IMG/VR virus record: IMGVR_UViG_3300046513_000343
Location: 13,778 to 77,777 of that record
DNA length: 64,000 nucleotides
DNA from: a virus
Direction: 5' to 3' (one strand)
In this document: positions 54,904 to 64,000 of the stretch, piece by piece
How the letters are laid out: the number at the start of each line of letters is the position of its first letter
How positions within the stretch are numbered: position 1 is the stretch's first letter
The notes under the pieces: generated by a model
Told to the model about the DNA's origin: nothing
The model's database searches: none
Seen by the model: the letters and a program-made list of their open reading frames with translations, nothing else
Translations under genes and position numbers: made by a program

Positions 54904-55490
54904 GCGCCCTCCCCGGCGACCATCACCTCGAAGCCAAGGCACTTGGCGACGAGGTATTCGATGCGCGCGCCTTTCGAGCGGCGCCAGCCTGGCAGCAGGC
55001 AGATGGTGCTGCACCGCATCATCAGGCGCAGGTCGGCGCGCATGTAGTCGAACCAGGTGGGATTGCCATCCAGCGTGACCTCGGCCGGGCTGACCACGTG
55101 CAGGCCAGCGGCGCGCAGGCGGGCCGCCTCGGCGTGGAAGGCGGGATGGTTCAGCTCCGGGTAGCCGGTCATCGGGCCGGCGATGTAGATGCGTGGCGCG
55201 TCGCCGGCGCGGTAAATGTTGTGCGCCTTGCGGTAGGGCCGCTGGTCCAGATCGCTGTAATCGGCGCGCAGCTGTTCGCACTGCACCGCGCCGCGCACGA
55301 AGGTCTCCATCGGTGCGCAGTGTTCCAGCGGCACCCGGCTGGTGTACCAGTTCTGCACCGCCTGGTAACTCACGCCGAGCAAGATGCCGAGCTTGGTTTT
55401 CGATCCCACGCGCTTGACGACGTTGTCCAGCGCGACCCACTCTTTGGAGCGGATGATGTCTTGTTGGCGCTTGGATAATATTTTTTTCAT
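54900..55490 (-). CDS. Cro/YdaS-like HTH fused to a DUF4406 (nucleoside 2-deoxyribosyltransferase-like) domain
   Basis: GSKTKLGILLGVSYQAVQNW..VPLEHC..EQLRAD, then IYIAGPMTG..GWRRSKGARIE; divergent from the repressor. Confidence 0.8.
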   Translation of the reverse strand: MKKILSKRQQDIIRSKEWVALDNVVKRVGSKTKLGILLGVSYQAVQNWYTSRVPLEHCAPMETFVRGAVQCEQLRADYSDLDQRPYRKAHNIYRAGDAPRIYIAGPMTGYPELNHPAFHAEAARLRAAGLHVVSPAEVTLDGNPTWFDYMRADLRLMMRCSTICLLPGWRRSKGARIEYLVAKCLGFEVMVAGEGA

Positions 55491-55505
55491 GGAAACCGAT
55501 TCTGA

Positions 55506-55557
55506 CAAGATTAACTTGCCGTGACAAGTTAATCTTAGCTCACGCAAGGTAACCTTG
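55506..55557. promoter_or_regulatory. OR-like triple operator
   Basis: CAAGATTAACTTG (55506), CAAGTTAATCTTA (55525), CAAGGTAACCTTG (55545). Confidence 0.8.
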
Positions 55558-55573
55558 TGGTACAGTTGCGCCC

Positions 55574-56215
55574 ATGGACATACATTCACGAATCAAAGAG
55601 CGGCGCCTGGCGCTGAAAATGTCGCGCCAGACGCTGGCCGAGGCGGCCGATGTGTCGCGTGAAACGGTGCGGTTGTGGGAGACGCCGGACGCGCAAGGTG
55701 GCACGGCGCCGGACCGCTTCAAAACAAAAAAAGTCGCCGACGCATTAAAAACGACGGTCGGATACTTGGTGCTTGGAATTGATGCTAACGTGGACCCCAA
55801 CGACAAATATGCCTTCATACCCCGGTATGCCGAGGCGTTCAAAGGGGTGTCCACAGTGAACTATCATGATGAGGTCGTCGACCACCTCGACGGCAAGGAT
55901 ACGTATGCGTACCGCAAGGATGTACTGGCCGACTTGGGCGTGCGCGCCAGCGACTGCGTGGTCGTGATCTCCAACGACAGCAGCATGTCCATCGGTAACC
56001 AGCTACTCGTCAACACCACCGCCAAGACGCTGGTGTCGTCGAAAATCTACGTGCTGCAAGCGGCCCACGGCCTGCTGGTGCGGCGCGTGGTCAAGCTCGC
56101 CGACGGCCGCATCGAGTTGCGCACCGACCAGCCGGCGACGGCGCCCGAAACCTACCAGCCGGACCAGCTGCCGCCAGTCCTGGGCCGCGTGATCAGCGGC
56201 AGCTGGTTCGACTGA
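55574..56215 (+). CDS. CI-like repressor (HTH plus degenerate S24 domain)
   Basis: RIKERRLALKMSRQTLAEAADVSRETVRLWE; C-terminal VLGRVI; flanked by operator triplets. Confidence 0.85.
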   Translation: MDIHSRIKERRLALKMSRQTLAEAADVSRETVRLWETPDAQGGTAPDRFKTKKVADALKTTVGYLVLGIDANVDPNDKYAFIPRYAEAFKGVSTVNYHDEVVDHLDGKDTYAYRKDVLADLGVRASDCVVVISNDSSMSIGNQLLVNTTAKTLVSSKIYVLQAAHGLLVRRVVKLADGRIELRTDQPATAPETYQPDQLPPVLGRVISGSWFD

Positions 56216-56238
56216 CCCGGCCCGCTGCACCGCCCACC

Positions 56239-56264
56239 AGCCCCGCCGCGTGCGGGGCTTTTTT
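56239..56264 (+). terminator. Intrinsic terminator after the repressor
   Basis: AGCCCCGC-cgcgt-GCGGGGCT-TTTTT. Confidence 0.8.
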
Positions 56265-56371
56265 CCGCCCAGCGCGCGGCGTGGCTGCGCGGCGCCCCCG
56301 CAAAATAGCCGGACAGAGAGGGAAAAGCCGCATATTGGTGTGTAAGCAACAATATTTTAGCAGCAACTATA

Positions 56372-56423
56372 CAAGGTAACCTTGTCTTTGCCAAGATTAT
56401 CTTGCAGAAGCAAGTTTACCTTA
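56372..56423. promoter_or_regulatory. OL-like triple operator
   Basis: CAAGGTAACCTTG (56372), CAAGATTATCTTG (56392), CAAGTTTACCTTA (56411). Confidence 0.8.
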
Positions 56424-56465
56424 CGTACACTGTTTTCCATTGTCTCAACGAAAACAGGAGTGCCG

Positions 56466-56879
56466 TTGAAAACCTCTCACACCCTGCAGCAGCTCGCCCT
56501 CGGCGTGTCCGCCGCCGACCTGCGCGGCGCACACAACGAGCCGGCAGCGCTGCCGAACCTCACCGCGCCGGCCCAGCTGTTGGTCGATTACGACTACACG
56601 CCCGGCCGCCTGGCAACGCTGTACCTGCCCAATGGCGACCCCGGCGACGAGCCAGGCGAACAGGAGTGCTTGGAGATTTTGCGCATCGAATCGGCGCAGC
56701 CGCTGCAATTCATGGACGCCACGCGCGGCGTGCTGGTCACGCTGCTGGCCGGGCGCGACCTGCGCCCCTACTTCACCGACAGCGCCCTGATCGCCATGGA
56801 GCTGGCCCTGCTCAAGGAAGTGCGCGCCGCGGCCGACGAGGCCCGCATCGACGCCCACCTGGGAGGGGCGCACGAATGA
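56466..56879 (+). CDS. Hypothetical protein
   Basis: CAGGAG RBS with TTG start. Confidence 0.6.
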   Translation: MKTSHTLQQLALGVSAADLRGAHNEPAALPNLTAPAQLLVDYDYTPGRLATLYLPNGDPGDEPGEQECLEILRIESAQPLQFMDATRGVLVTLLAGRDLRPYFTDSALIAMELALLKEVRAAADEARIDAHLGGAHE

Positions 56880-57373
56880 GCGACGCACCCATCAAAACCC
56901 ACTGGAAGCAGCTGGCCGATCCGCGCTTCATCGGCGCCTACGCGCTGCCCAACGGCGCCGACCTGACCGTCACCATCAACTACGTGCAGAAGGAAACGGT
57001 CACCATGATGGGCGGCAAGAAGGAAGACCACAGCCTGATGTACCTGGCCGGGCACAAGCCGATGATCCTGAACGTCACCAACCAGAAGACGCTGGAAAAG
57101 CTCTACGGCCCCTACATCGAGGACTGGGCGGGCCAGCGCGTGACGCTGTACGCCTCCACCACCAAGCTCGGCGCCGACATGGTCGAGTGCCTGCGCATCC
57201 GCGCGAAAATCCCGCCCCTGGAGAAGGAGCCGCTGGCCGCCGCCCGCTTCAGCAAGGCGCTGGCCGGCATCAAGGCGGGCACCTTCGCGGCGGCCACCTT
57301 GCGCGACAAGTTCTCCCTGTCGTTGGCCCAGGAGGCCGAGCTGGCCGCCGCCGAAGCGGAGCCGGCCGCGTGA
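56876..57373 (+). CDS. Putative ssDNA-binding/annealing partner of the exonuclease
   Basis: THWKQLADPRFIGAY..KPMILNVTN..YIEDWAG; coupled to the exonuclease gene. Confidence 0.6.
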   Translation: MSDAPIKTHWKQLADPRFIGAYALPNGADLTVTINYVQKETVTMMGGKKEDHSLMYLAGHKPMILNVTNQKTLEKLYGPYIEDWAGQRVTLYASTTKLGADMVECLRIRAKIPPLEKEPLAAARFSKALAGIKAGTFAAATLRDKFSLSLAQEAELAAAEAEPAA

Positions 57374-58110
57374 TCGTTCCCGAATTCCGCATGCGCTGCT
57401 CCAGCCTGGGCCAGCTGATGACCGATCCGAAGTCGATCGACCCGGCCCTGCTCGATGAGAACACGGCCGTCGTCGCCAGGAAGAAGGTCAAGAGCGACGA
57501 GGAACAGGCGCAGCTGGCCGAGCTGTTCGACTACAGCCTGAGCGCCGGCGCCAAGACCTACCTGCGCAATTGGGCGCGCGAATTCATGCTCGACTTCCAC
57601 GAAATCATCACCAGCAAGTACCTGGAGAAGGGCCTGATCGTCGAGAACGAGGCCATCGCGCTCTACAACGCGCGCTTTTTCACCAACTACGTCAAGAACA
57701 CCGAGCGCCGCCAGAACGACTACATCAGCGGCGAATGCGACATTTTCACCGGCCTGCCGGCCAACAAGATCGTCGACACCAAGTCCAGCTGGTCGCGCGC
57801 CACCTTCCCGATGACGGCCGAGGAAGGCGAGGACCGCGACTACGAATGGCAGATGCGCGGCTACATGTGGCTGTGGGAGGCCGAGCAAGCCGACGTGGCG
57901 TACTGCCTGGTTGACACGCCCGAAGAACTGATTCGCTACGAGCAGCGCGATCTGCACGAAGTTGACGCGCTGCCCGAACACCTGCGGATCACCGTCGTGC
58001 ACTACCAGCGTGACCGCGCGCTGGAACAAAAAATCATGCGCAAGGTGATCGCGGCACGCCAGTACCTCGCCGCCTACATCGAGCGCATTCACGCGGAACA
58101 CCCTCTTTAA
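57370..58110 (+). CDS. YqaJ/lambda-exonuclease-like PD-(D/E)XK nuclease
   Basis: RCSSLGQLM..KGLIVENEAI..SGECD..DTKSSW..YEWQMRGYMWL. Confidence 0.8.
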   Translation: MIVPEFRMRCSSLGQLMTDPKSIDPALLDENTAVVARKKVKSDEEQAQLAELFDYSLSAGAKTYLRNWAREFMLDFHEIITSKYLEKGLIVENEAIALYNARFFTNYVKNTERRQNDYISGECDIFTGLPANKIVDTKSSWSRATFPMTAEEGEDRDYEWQMRGYMWLWEAEQADVAYCLVDTPEELIRYEQRDLHEVDALPEHLRITVVHYQRDRALEQKIMRKVIAARQYLAAYIERIHAEHPL

Positions 58111-58125
58111 CCACCAAGGAATCCC

Positions 58126-58674
58126 ATGGCCTCTGTCAACAAAGTCATCATCGTCGGCAACCTCGGGCGCGATCCCGAAATGCGCTACATGCCGTCCGGC
58201 GACGCGATCGCCAATATCGCCGTCGCCACCTCGTACAAGAGCAAGGACAAGAACACCGGCGAGGCCAAGGAATCGACTGAATGGCACCGCATCAGCTTCT
58301 TCGGGCGCTTGGCCGAGATCGTCGGCCAGTACCTGAAAAAGGGCTCGTCGGTGTATGTCGAGGGGCGCCTGCAAACGCGCAAGTACACCGACAAGGACGG
58401 CGTCGAAAAGTACGCCACCGACATCGTGGCCGAGTCCATGCAGATGCTGGGCGGGCGCCCCGAGGGCGGCGGCCAGGGCGCGCCGGCGCCGCAGCGCCAG
58501 GCACCGCCAGCGGCGCGCGCGCCAGCCCACAGCGCCGACTTCGCCGACGACGACATTCCGTTCGGCCAGTCCATGAACACGCTCAACGATACCGCCGGCC
58601 GCTCCAAGGCCCAGCTGCGCGCGCGTCACGGCCGCTGCCTCGCGCTGGCCCACGTCAACCAGGGGGAATTCTGA
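58126..58674 (+). CDS. ssb: Single-stranded DNA-binding protein
   Basis: [35 protein letters not shown]; DDDIPF. Confidence 0.95.
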   Translation: MASVNKVIIVGNLGRDPEMRYMPSGDAIANIAVATSYKSKDKNTGEAKESTEWHRISFFGRLAEIVGQYLKKGSSVYVEGRLQTRKYTDKDGVEKYATDIVAESMQMLGGRPEGGGQGAPAPQRQAPPAARAPAHSADFADDDIPFGQSMNTLNDTAGRSKAQLRARHGRCLALAHVNQGEF

Positions 58675-59180
58675 TGATCGACGCCAAGACCCTACTCGAC
58701 AAGCGGCTCGGCGTATTCCTTCTGGAATCCGACACAGAAGACGAAGCGCACGCCGCTTTTGCCAAGGACATGCTGGACCTGCTGCGCCAAATCGGCTACC
58801 GCATCACCCATCCGAATGACTTTAGCCGCGCTTTGACCAGTCTCTGGTCTGGCTACCAAATCAGCTATTGCCTAGCCATCAAGGAGGCGGCATTCAAGGA
58901 GGCGGCATCGGCGGCGCAGGCCGCTGCCAACACCGGCGTCGCCACTTTCTTTACCGCAGATGAGCTTTGGGCCGCCGAAGCGCGCTACCTGCGCTTGAGC
59001 AGGGAGCTGAAACAGACCGAGTTGGCCGAGCAGACGGGTGGCGTCATCAGCAACTCGCAGATCAGCGAGTACGAGACCTACAAGTCTTTCCCGGCACAGG
59101 AAGTGCGCGCGCAAGTCGATGACGTGCTGCGCAACCCGGTCACACCACCGCTGCAACTGCCACTGAAAGACTGCCAATGA
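58674..59180 (+). CDS. Hypothetical protein with C-terminal HTH
   Basis: TGATG coupling; LKQTELAEQTGGVISNSQISEYE. Confidence 0.6.
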   Translation: MIDAKTLLDKRLGVFLLESDTEDEAHAAFAKDMLDLLRQIGYRITHPNDFSRALTSLWSGYQISYCLAIKEAAFKEAASAAQAAANTGVATFFTADELWAAEARYLRLSRELKQTELAEQTGGVISNSQISEYETYKSFPAQEVRAQVDDVLRNPVTPPLQLPLKDCQ

Positions 59181-59512
59181 CCGACCACACCGACCTGACC
59201 GACGACGCCGACGACGCCGAACTGGACCTGCCGTTTCATTACGGCCCTGATGCTTCGATGCCGTGCTTTGCCTGCTTCGTCGAAAGCATGCTGTTAGCGC
59301 TCGATGACTGCGACACGATCGCCGAAAAGCGCACCGCCATCGACATCGCGTTGACGCAGATCGCCGACTGCATCGGCGCGCTGTTCCTGCAGCTGGCGCT
59401 CGACGCCGAAGGCAGCGTGACCCTGTTCACGGAGCGCATCCGCACACTGGTCGCCGCGAACAGCGACGCCGCACCGCCAGCGACGCCAGCGCCGGACAAG
59501 CAGCACCACTGA
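59177..59512 (+). CDS. Hypothetical protein
   Basis: ATGA overlap; 111 aa. Confidence 0.6.
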   Translation: MTDHTDLTDDADDAELDLPFHYGPDASMPCFACFVESMLLALDDCDTIAEKRTAIDIALTQIADCIGALFLQLALDAEGSVTLFTERIRTLVAANSDAAPPATPAPDKQHH

Positions 59513-59904
59513 TGCAGCGCCTGTTCGTCCTGCGCGAGGCGCAGCACCTTGCCGGCCTGGTCGCCTTCCTGACGGCCAACTGGCAGGTGTTCGCCCGCGA
59601 GGGCAAGTTCCTGGCCGTGACGGTCAGCTTCTACAAGTCCAAGCGGTCGCTGGACCAGAACCGGCGCTATTTCGGGCCGGCCGTGCTGGGCGCGATCGCA
59701 GAACAGGCCTGGTTCGACGGGCGCCGCTACGACAAGGAAAGCTGGCACGAGCACATGAAACGCCAGTTCATCGGCGTGGTGGACGTGCCGGGCGGCGGCG
59801 TGCGGGCGATGTCCTCGACCGACCTGAACGTCGAGGAATTTAACCAGTTCATGCAGCAGGTAGAAGCCTACGCCGCCCAGGAGCTGGGCGTGCAATTCGA
59901 TTGA
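59512..59904 (+). CDS. ninB: NinB/Orf-family recombination protein
   Basis: KRSLDQNRRY..WHEHMK..SSTDLNVEEF. Confidence 0.8.
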   Translation: MQRLFVLREAQHLAGLVAFLTANWQVFAREGKFLAVTVSFYKSKRSLDQNRRYFGPAVLGAIAEQAWFDGRRYDKESWHEHMKRQFIGVVDVPGGGVRAMSSTDLNVEEFNQFMQQVEAYAAQELGVQFD

Positions 59905-59929
59905 TCTTTTCAACCATTAAGGATGCACT

Positions 59930-60169
59930 ATGCCAAATAAAGCACCACAAAACCCGAACCACTTCCTCGACAGCATCCTGGCCATCATGCGCTTGAAGAA
60001 CGACGCGGCCCTGTCGCGCGCCGTCAGTGTGGCCGCGCCGGCGCTGTCCAAGCTGCGCCATGGCCGCCTGCCCGTCACGGCGGCGCTGCTCATTAAGCTG
60101 CACGACTACACCGGCCTGACCATCGCCGAGCTGCGCAAGCTGCTGTACCACCCAAACCGCAACAACTAA
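59930..60169 (+). CDS. Small HTH protein of a family common in Oxalobacteraceae
   Basis: PNHFLD..LKNDAALSR..PALSKLRHGRLPV..LLIKLH..IAELR. Confidence 0.75.
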   Translation: MPNKAPQNPNHFLDSILAIMRLKNDAALSRAVSVAAPALSKLRHGRLPVTAALLIKLHDYTGLTIAELRKLLYHPNRNN

Positions 60170-60181
60170 ACGGAGGCGGCC

Positions 60182-60889
60182 TTGACACAGGAAATTACCG
60201 CCTATCTGTCCGACGATGGCCGCATCTTCCGCAACCGGGCCGACGCGCAGTTCGCCGACCACCTGGGCGCCGTCGGCCAGCGCATCGCCACCTTCCTCAC
60301 CGAACCTGGGCGCGCGCTGCCGCTCGACCCGGCCGAGCTGCTGCTGGCCTGGGAAGACTGGCGGGTCGGCGGCCCTGCGGGGTGGCAGAAAATGCAGCAG
60401 GCACTGCAGCCGGTGCAAGCTGCCCTGTCGCTAGAGGCCCAGCTGGCGCCGGCCGCCGTGATGATCTCGTCGTCGCCGCCGGCACGTGCCAAGCCTGGAC
60501 CGAAGCCCAAGAACAAGCCGGCCACGGCGCTCAGCGACGCACTGGAAGCGGCCCGCGTTGCGCAACAGCGCAAGCAGGCCGAGGACCGCCCTGCCGCCAA
60601 GACGCTAGGAGCGTACCGCAAGCACGTCGCCGTCATCGGCCTGTTCAATATCCACCATGAGCATATCCAGCGCGAATTCGGCAACGAACTCAAGCTGACG
60701 CTATATGACGCCGACTGCATTGCGAAACTGCATGGCCTGCGCGCGTTCCACAAGGTCGTCGCCATGACCAAGTTCATCAGCCACAAGCACATCGAGCTGC
60801 TCAAGTCGATCGGGCAGGAACCCCTGCTGGTCATGGGCGGCATGGACAAACTCAAAGAAGCGCTGACCACCATCTATGTCAACAGCTGA
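60182..60889 (+). CDS. Hypothetical protein
   Basis: GGAGG RBS with TTG start; AYLSDDGRIF. Confidence 0.65.
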   Translation: MTQEITAYLSDDGRIFRNRADAQFADHLGAVGQRIATFLTEPGRALPLDPAELLLAWEDWRVGGPAGWQKMQQALQPVQAALSLEAQLAPAAVMISSSPPARAKPGPKPKNKPATALSDALEAARVAQQRKQAEDRPAAKTLGAYRKHVAVIGLFNIHHEHIQREFGNELKLTLYDADCIAKLHGLRAFHKVVAMTKFISHKHIELLKSIGQEPLLVMGGMDKLKEALTTIYVNS

Positions 60890-61349
60890 CCCCGGCCTCA
60901 AGGCCCTGTTCCTCGATATCGACGGAGTTTTAAATAGCGGCCGCAGCCAGATGGCGTTCGGTGGATTCCCGCACTCGTTCCGGCCCGGCGACATGGCCAA
61001 GTTCGACCATGTTGCCATCGGCCTGGTGCGGCGCCTGTGCCGCGAGACCGGCTGCTCGGTCGTCCTGTCGTCGGATTGGCGCTACGACTGCACCGCGCAC
61101 GCCGCCGCCAACGCCCTTGACCTGCCGATCATGGACGTCACGCCGATCAACGTCACCGGCACCCGCGCCATGGAGATCGCAGCCTGGCTGGCCGCCCACC
61201 CCGAGGTCGCCAGCTATGCCATCGTGGACGATATCCCGGATATCGATGACATGCACGGCCCGCGCTGGGTACTCACCGACCCGGCCAACGGCCTGTCAAT
61301 GGCCAACTACAGCGCCCTGCGCCGCCTGCTCACCGTGGCAAACACATAA
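60876..61349 (+). CDS. HAD-family phosphatase (Swiss-army-knife RNA repair-like)
   Basis: LFLDIDGVLN, VVLSSDWR, R..EI..WL, YAIVDD. Confidence 0.85.
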   Translation: MSTADPGLKALFLDIDGVLNSGRSQMAFGGFPHSFRPGDMAKFDHVAIGLVRRLCRETGCSVVLSSDWRYDCTAHAAANALDLPIMDVTPINVTGTRAMEIAAWLAAHPEVASYAIVDDIPDIDDMHGPRWVLTDPANGLSMANYSALRRLLTVANT

Positions 61350-61835
61350 TGGCATGTGTGCAACTTTTTGCACAAAATAGCACAAAGTTGCACATACAAG
61401 CATAAGTTTGTGCAATTATAATCAGCACTGATTAACTTTGTTTAAATTTGCACAAATTAAATTCAATCTAATTAGTGCTTATCAACACCAATTACATTTA
61501 TGTTGTAGTGCATAATGTTAGCTTATGTTGTTTACTATAGATCAGCCCCAATTAAATTAGACTTACATTAAACTAATGCAATAAATGCAATGCTAATTAA
61601 AATTATGTTGTCTTATGTCGGTCTAATTTATTGAAAATGATATTCATCGGCATTAATGAGATTAATGCCGATTAACTGTGACTTATTGTATTCAGCATTA
61701 ACTTGATTGCTATTAATCTAATTTGGCCTATCTTATGTGGGTTAATGCCTATCAATACAGAGCGACATTTGTATGATTAGCATTGCATTGCACATATTCG
61801 TATGAGATACTTCCTTTTTGTCATCACATTAAACA
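61350..61835. repeat. AT-rich periodic array upstream of parA (candidate centromere and/or origin)
   Basis: Abrupt AT-rich island; phased ATTAA/TGTTG/CACAA pentamers; ATCA(G/A)C.C..ATTA at 61421, 61481 and 61541. Confidence 0.7.
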
Positions 61836-61845
61836 AGGGGGCGGT

Positions 61846-62514
61846 ATGGCAATCGTCGTGGTAGGAGCGGAAAAGGGCGGGGTCGGCAAAAGCACGATCG
61901 CGGTCAACCTGGTGGTATCGTGCGCGGCTCAGGGCAAGGACGTGCTGCTGATCGACACCGACAAGCAGGGATCGGCGCAGCAATGGGCGGCAGCGCGGCG
62001 CGAGGAAGGCATTCTGCCGGCGATCACCTGCATCGGCCTGCGCGGCAAGTCGCTCAAGGAGGAAGTGCGCGCTCTCAAGGACAAATACGACCACATCGTC
62101 ATCGACGCCGGTGGCCAGGACTCGATCGAGCTGCGCGCCGCGATGATGGTAGCGGACCTGATCGTCACGCCCTGCGAACCGTCGCAGTTCGATATCTTCT
62201 CGACCTTCACCATGGATAGGCTGGTGGGCGAGGTGCGCACCATCAACGAAGGCCTCGCCGCCGTGTTGCTGGTCAACTGCGCCCCCACCAACGCCCAGCA
62301 GCAGGACGTAGCGGAAATGCGTGAAGCGCTGGCCGACATGCAGAACTACACGATCCTGGCCACCGAAGTCCATTCGCGCAAGGCCTACCGCCGCTGCGCC
62401 CGCGACGGCCGCGCCACCAGCGAGTACCCGCGCGCCGAAACCGACGACAAGGCCGTGGCAGAAATGGCGGCGCTGGCAGCCGAAGTGTGGGTAGACGAGC
62501 GGGTGGCATCATGA
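61846..62514 (+). CDS. parA: ParA/ParF-type partition ATPase
   Basis: EKGGVGKST, LLIDTDKQGS, IVIDAGG; 222 aa with no N-terminal HTH. Confidence 0.9.
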   Translation: MAIVVVGAEKGGVGKSTIAVNLVVSCAAQGKDVLLIDTDKQGSAQQWAAARREEGILPAITCIGLRGKSLKEEVRALKDKYDHIVIDAGGQDSIELRAAMMVADLIVTPCEPSQFDIFSTFTMDRLVGEVRTINEGLAAVLLVNCAPTNAQQQDVAEMREALADMQNYTILATEVHSRKAYRRCARDGRATSEYPRAETDDKAVAEMAALAAEVWVDERVAS

Positions 62515-62963
62515 CCGCGCCGGCAAAGACCGTGGCCGTGAAGAAGTTTCGCCAGCCGCTGCCGATCGCCGGTACGACCGCTGCGCGCCAGGCTGCCGAA
62601 GACCAGTTCATCGCAGCCGCCGAGTTGCCGCAAGCAGCCCCCGTCGCCCCCCCGGAGACGCCAGCTGCGATGCCGGCCAAGCCAGCGGCACGCAAGAAGG
62701 CGGCAAAGCCAGCCACACCGCAGGCGACCGAGGTCGCGCCGGCGGCCAAGGAGAAGCCGCACGTGCCGCCGTGGCAGCACGCCGACCGCAAGGTCGCCAA
62801 GCACGTCAACCTCAAGTTCGACGGTGTCACTCATGCCAAGATGAAGTGGATCGTGGACAACGTGCCGCGCATGAAATCACACCAGAAGTTGGTGGAAGCG
62901 TGCCTGTTCGATTTCATCGAGGCATTACTGGCCGAGCATTACAAGCCTTCTGAAAAGAAATAA
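62511..62963 (+). CDS. Putative ParG-like (ribbon-helix-helix) centromere-binding protein
   Basis: ATGA-coupled to parA; disordered N-terminus; C-terminal HVNLKFDGVTHAKMKWI..SHQKLV. Confidence 0.6.
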   Translation: MTAPAKTVAVKKFRQPLPIAGTTAARQAAEDQFIAAAELPQAAPVAPPETPAAMPAKPAARKKAAKPATPQATEVAPAAKEKPHVPPWQHADRKVAKHVNLKFDGVTHAKMKWIVDNVPRMKSHQKLVEACLFDFIEALLAEHYKPSEKK

Positions 62964-63025
62964 AGTTGCATAAAGCGTCAATGTTACCTAATATGCCTGC
63001 TGTTTTTTAAACCACAAGTTGCGCT

Positions 63026-63274
63026 ATGGCCGACCCACACATCATCACCGAACTGTACGCCTTCATCGCCACCGAGGACCTGGGGGAGGGGATTCCGGCG
63101 ATCCAGCTGAACGGCATGATGATGCCCCTGGTTGGGGCCGACGCCGCCCGCGTCGAAACCCTGCGCAAGCTGGCACAACAGGTCGCCGACGGAACCGGCC
63201 GGACGCTGACGTTGGCGCGCTTCGCAGTGCGCGAGAACATGGCCACCATCACGCCGCGGAAGCCCACGCCATGA
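63026..63274 (+). CDS. Hypothetical protein
   Basis: ITELYAFIA..EGIPA..MPLVGAD. Confidence 0.6.
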   Translation: MADPHIITELYAFIATEDLGEGIPAIQLNGMMMPLVGADAARVETLRKLAQQVADGTGRTLTLARFAVRENMATITPRKPTP

Positions 63275-64000
63275 CTGACACCACCATCACGCAGCGCTAC
63301 AGCATCAGCGACGACGGCACGGCCATCAAGTGCCACTTCTGCAACCTGGTCAGCCACAACATCGATGACGTGCGCCAGCGTTATTGTGGCAACTGCATGC
63401 GTTTCCATGACGACGAGCAGGTGCCGATCCCGCCGCACATCAAGGCCATCGCCGAGAACATAGCGATGACGGCGCGCACCACCATCTGCCAAGGCAGGGA
63501 AGTGGCGCCCGAGATTTTCGTGATGAATACCGCCAAGGGGCTGGTGTCGCAGCCGACAATGCGCATGGGCGACCCGGAAGACCGCGACCTGATGGCGCAG
63601 GAAACCCGGCTGTTGGCCGACGAAATGGATGCCGACGTGGTCATCCTGCTGTCGGAGGCGTGGGCACAGCAGGTGAACACGCCGGCGAAAATGGCAGCGC
63701 TGCGGGCGCAGTACGGCGGGCGCATCGCCAACATGCCGGGCCGGCAGGAAATCCTGCTGATGACAGTTGAAACGGCCGGCCACTACTGGCAGGGCAAGGC
63801 GCCGATCACCGGCACTGGCCTTGACCGGCGCTGCGGCGACGTGCAGTACGCGCACGATCTGGCCGGCCAGGAACATGGCCGCTTCACCCACTTCCTGGCC
63901 AGCCCCGCCGACAAGGCCCAGCTCGCAACGACGCTGGCCAAGGTGCGTGCGATCCTTGATGCCAAGGGCGTCAACCCGGAAACCCTGGTCAAATACGATG
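63271..64000 (+). CDS. Hypothetical protein with N-terminal zinc finger, runs off the right edge
   Basis: ATGA overlap; IKCHFC..SHNIDDVRQRYCGNCMRFH; open to the end of the window. Confidence 0.65.
   Translation, partial: MTDTTITQRYSISDDGTAIKCHFCNLVSHNIDDVRQRYCGNCMRFHDDEQVPIPPHIKAIAENIAMTARTTICQGREVAPEIFVMNTAKGLVSQPTMRMGDPEDRDLMAQETRLLADEMDADVVILLSEAWAQQVNTPAKMAALRAQYGGRIANMPGRQEILLMTVETAGHYWQGKAPITGTGLDRRCGDVQYAHDLAGQEHGRFTHFLASPADKAQLATTLAKVRAILDAKGVNPETLVKYD

Noticed and set aside
61350-61835. AT-rich array as a CRISPR array or gene
   Set aside because: No identical repeats with unique spacers, and no ORF.

Overview
This 64-kb window is part of a high-GC, podovirus-like temperate phage genome that extends past both ends. 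Two small proteins typical of Oxalobacteraceae suggest a Massilia/Janthinobacterium/Duganella-type host (inference). Layout: (1) 1-33.5 kb, minus strand: terminase, portal, scaffold, N4-gp56-type major capsid, tail adaptor/nozzle and internal ejection proteins, including a polyvalent protein that runs off the left edge. (2) 33.6-39.8 kb, plus strand: small early genes led by DUF932/945, with repeated hairpin leaders. (3) 39.9-55.5 kb, minus strand: a second, detached fibre/spike module, a free-standing GIY-YIG endonuclease, a Q-like antiterminator, primase, helicase and Cro. (4) 55.6-64 kb, plus strand: CI-like repressor with 3+3 operators, recombination genes, ssb, NinB, an AT-rich periodic array and a ParA/ParG-like pair, suggesting a plasmid prophage. 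Main finding, missed by the ORF track: the capsid gene is split into three exons by two different ORF-less group I introns (22089-21820 and 21690-21462), and both must splice to give a 314-aa protein. Directly downstream sit a TylF-type sugar O-methyltransferase, a methyltransferase-GT9 heptosyltransferase fusion and an HslV-like protease, a candidate virion glycosylation system. Family calls come from motif recognition only; no searches were run. No lysis genes, integrase, tRNA or CRISPR array were recognised.
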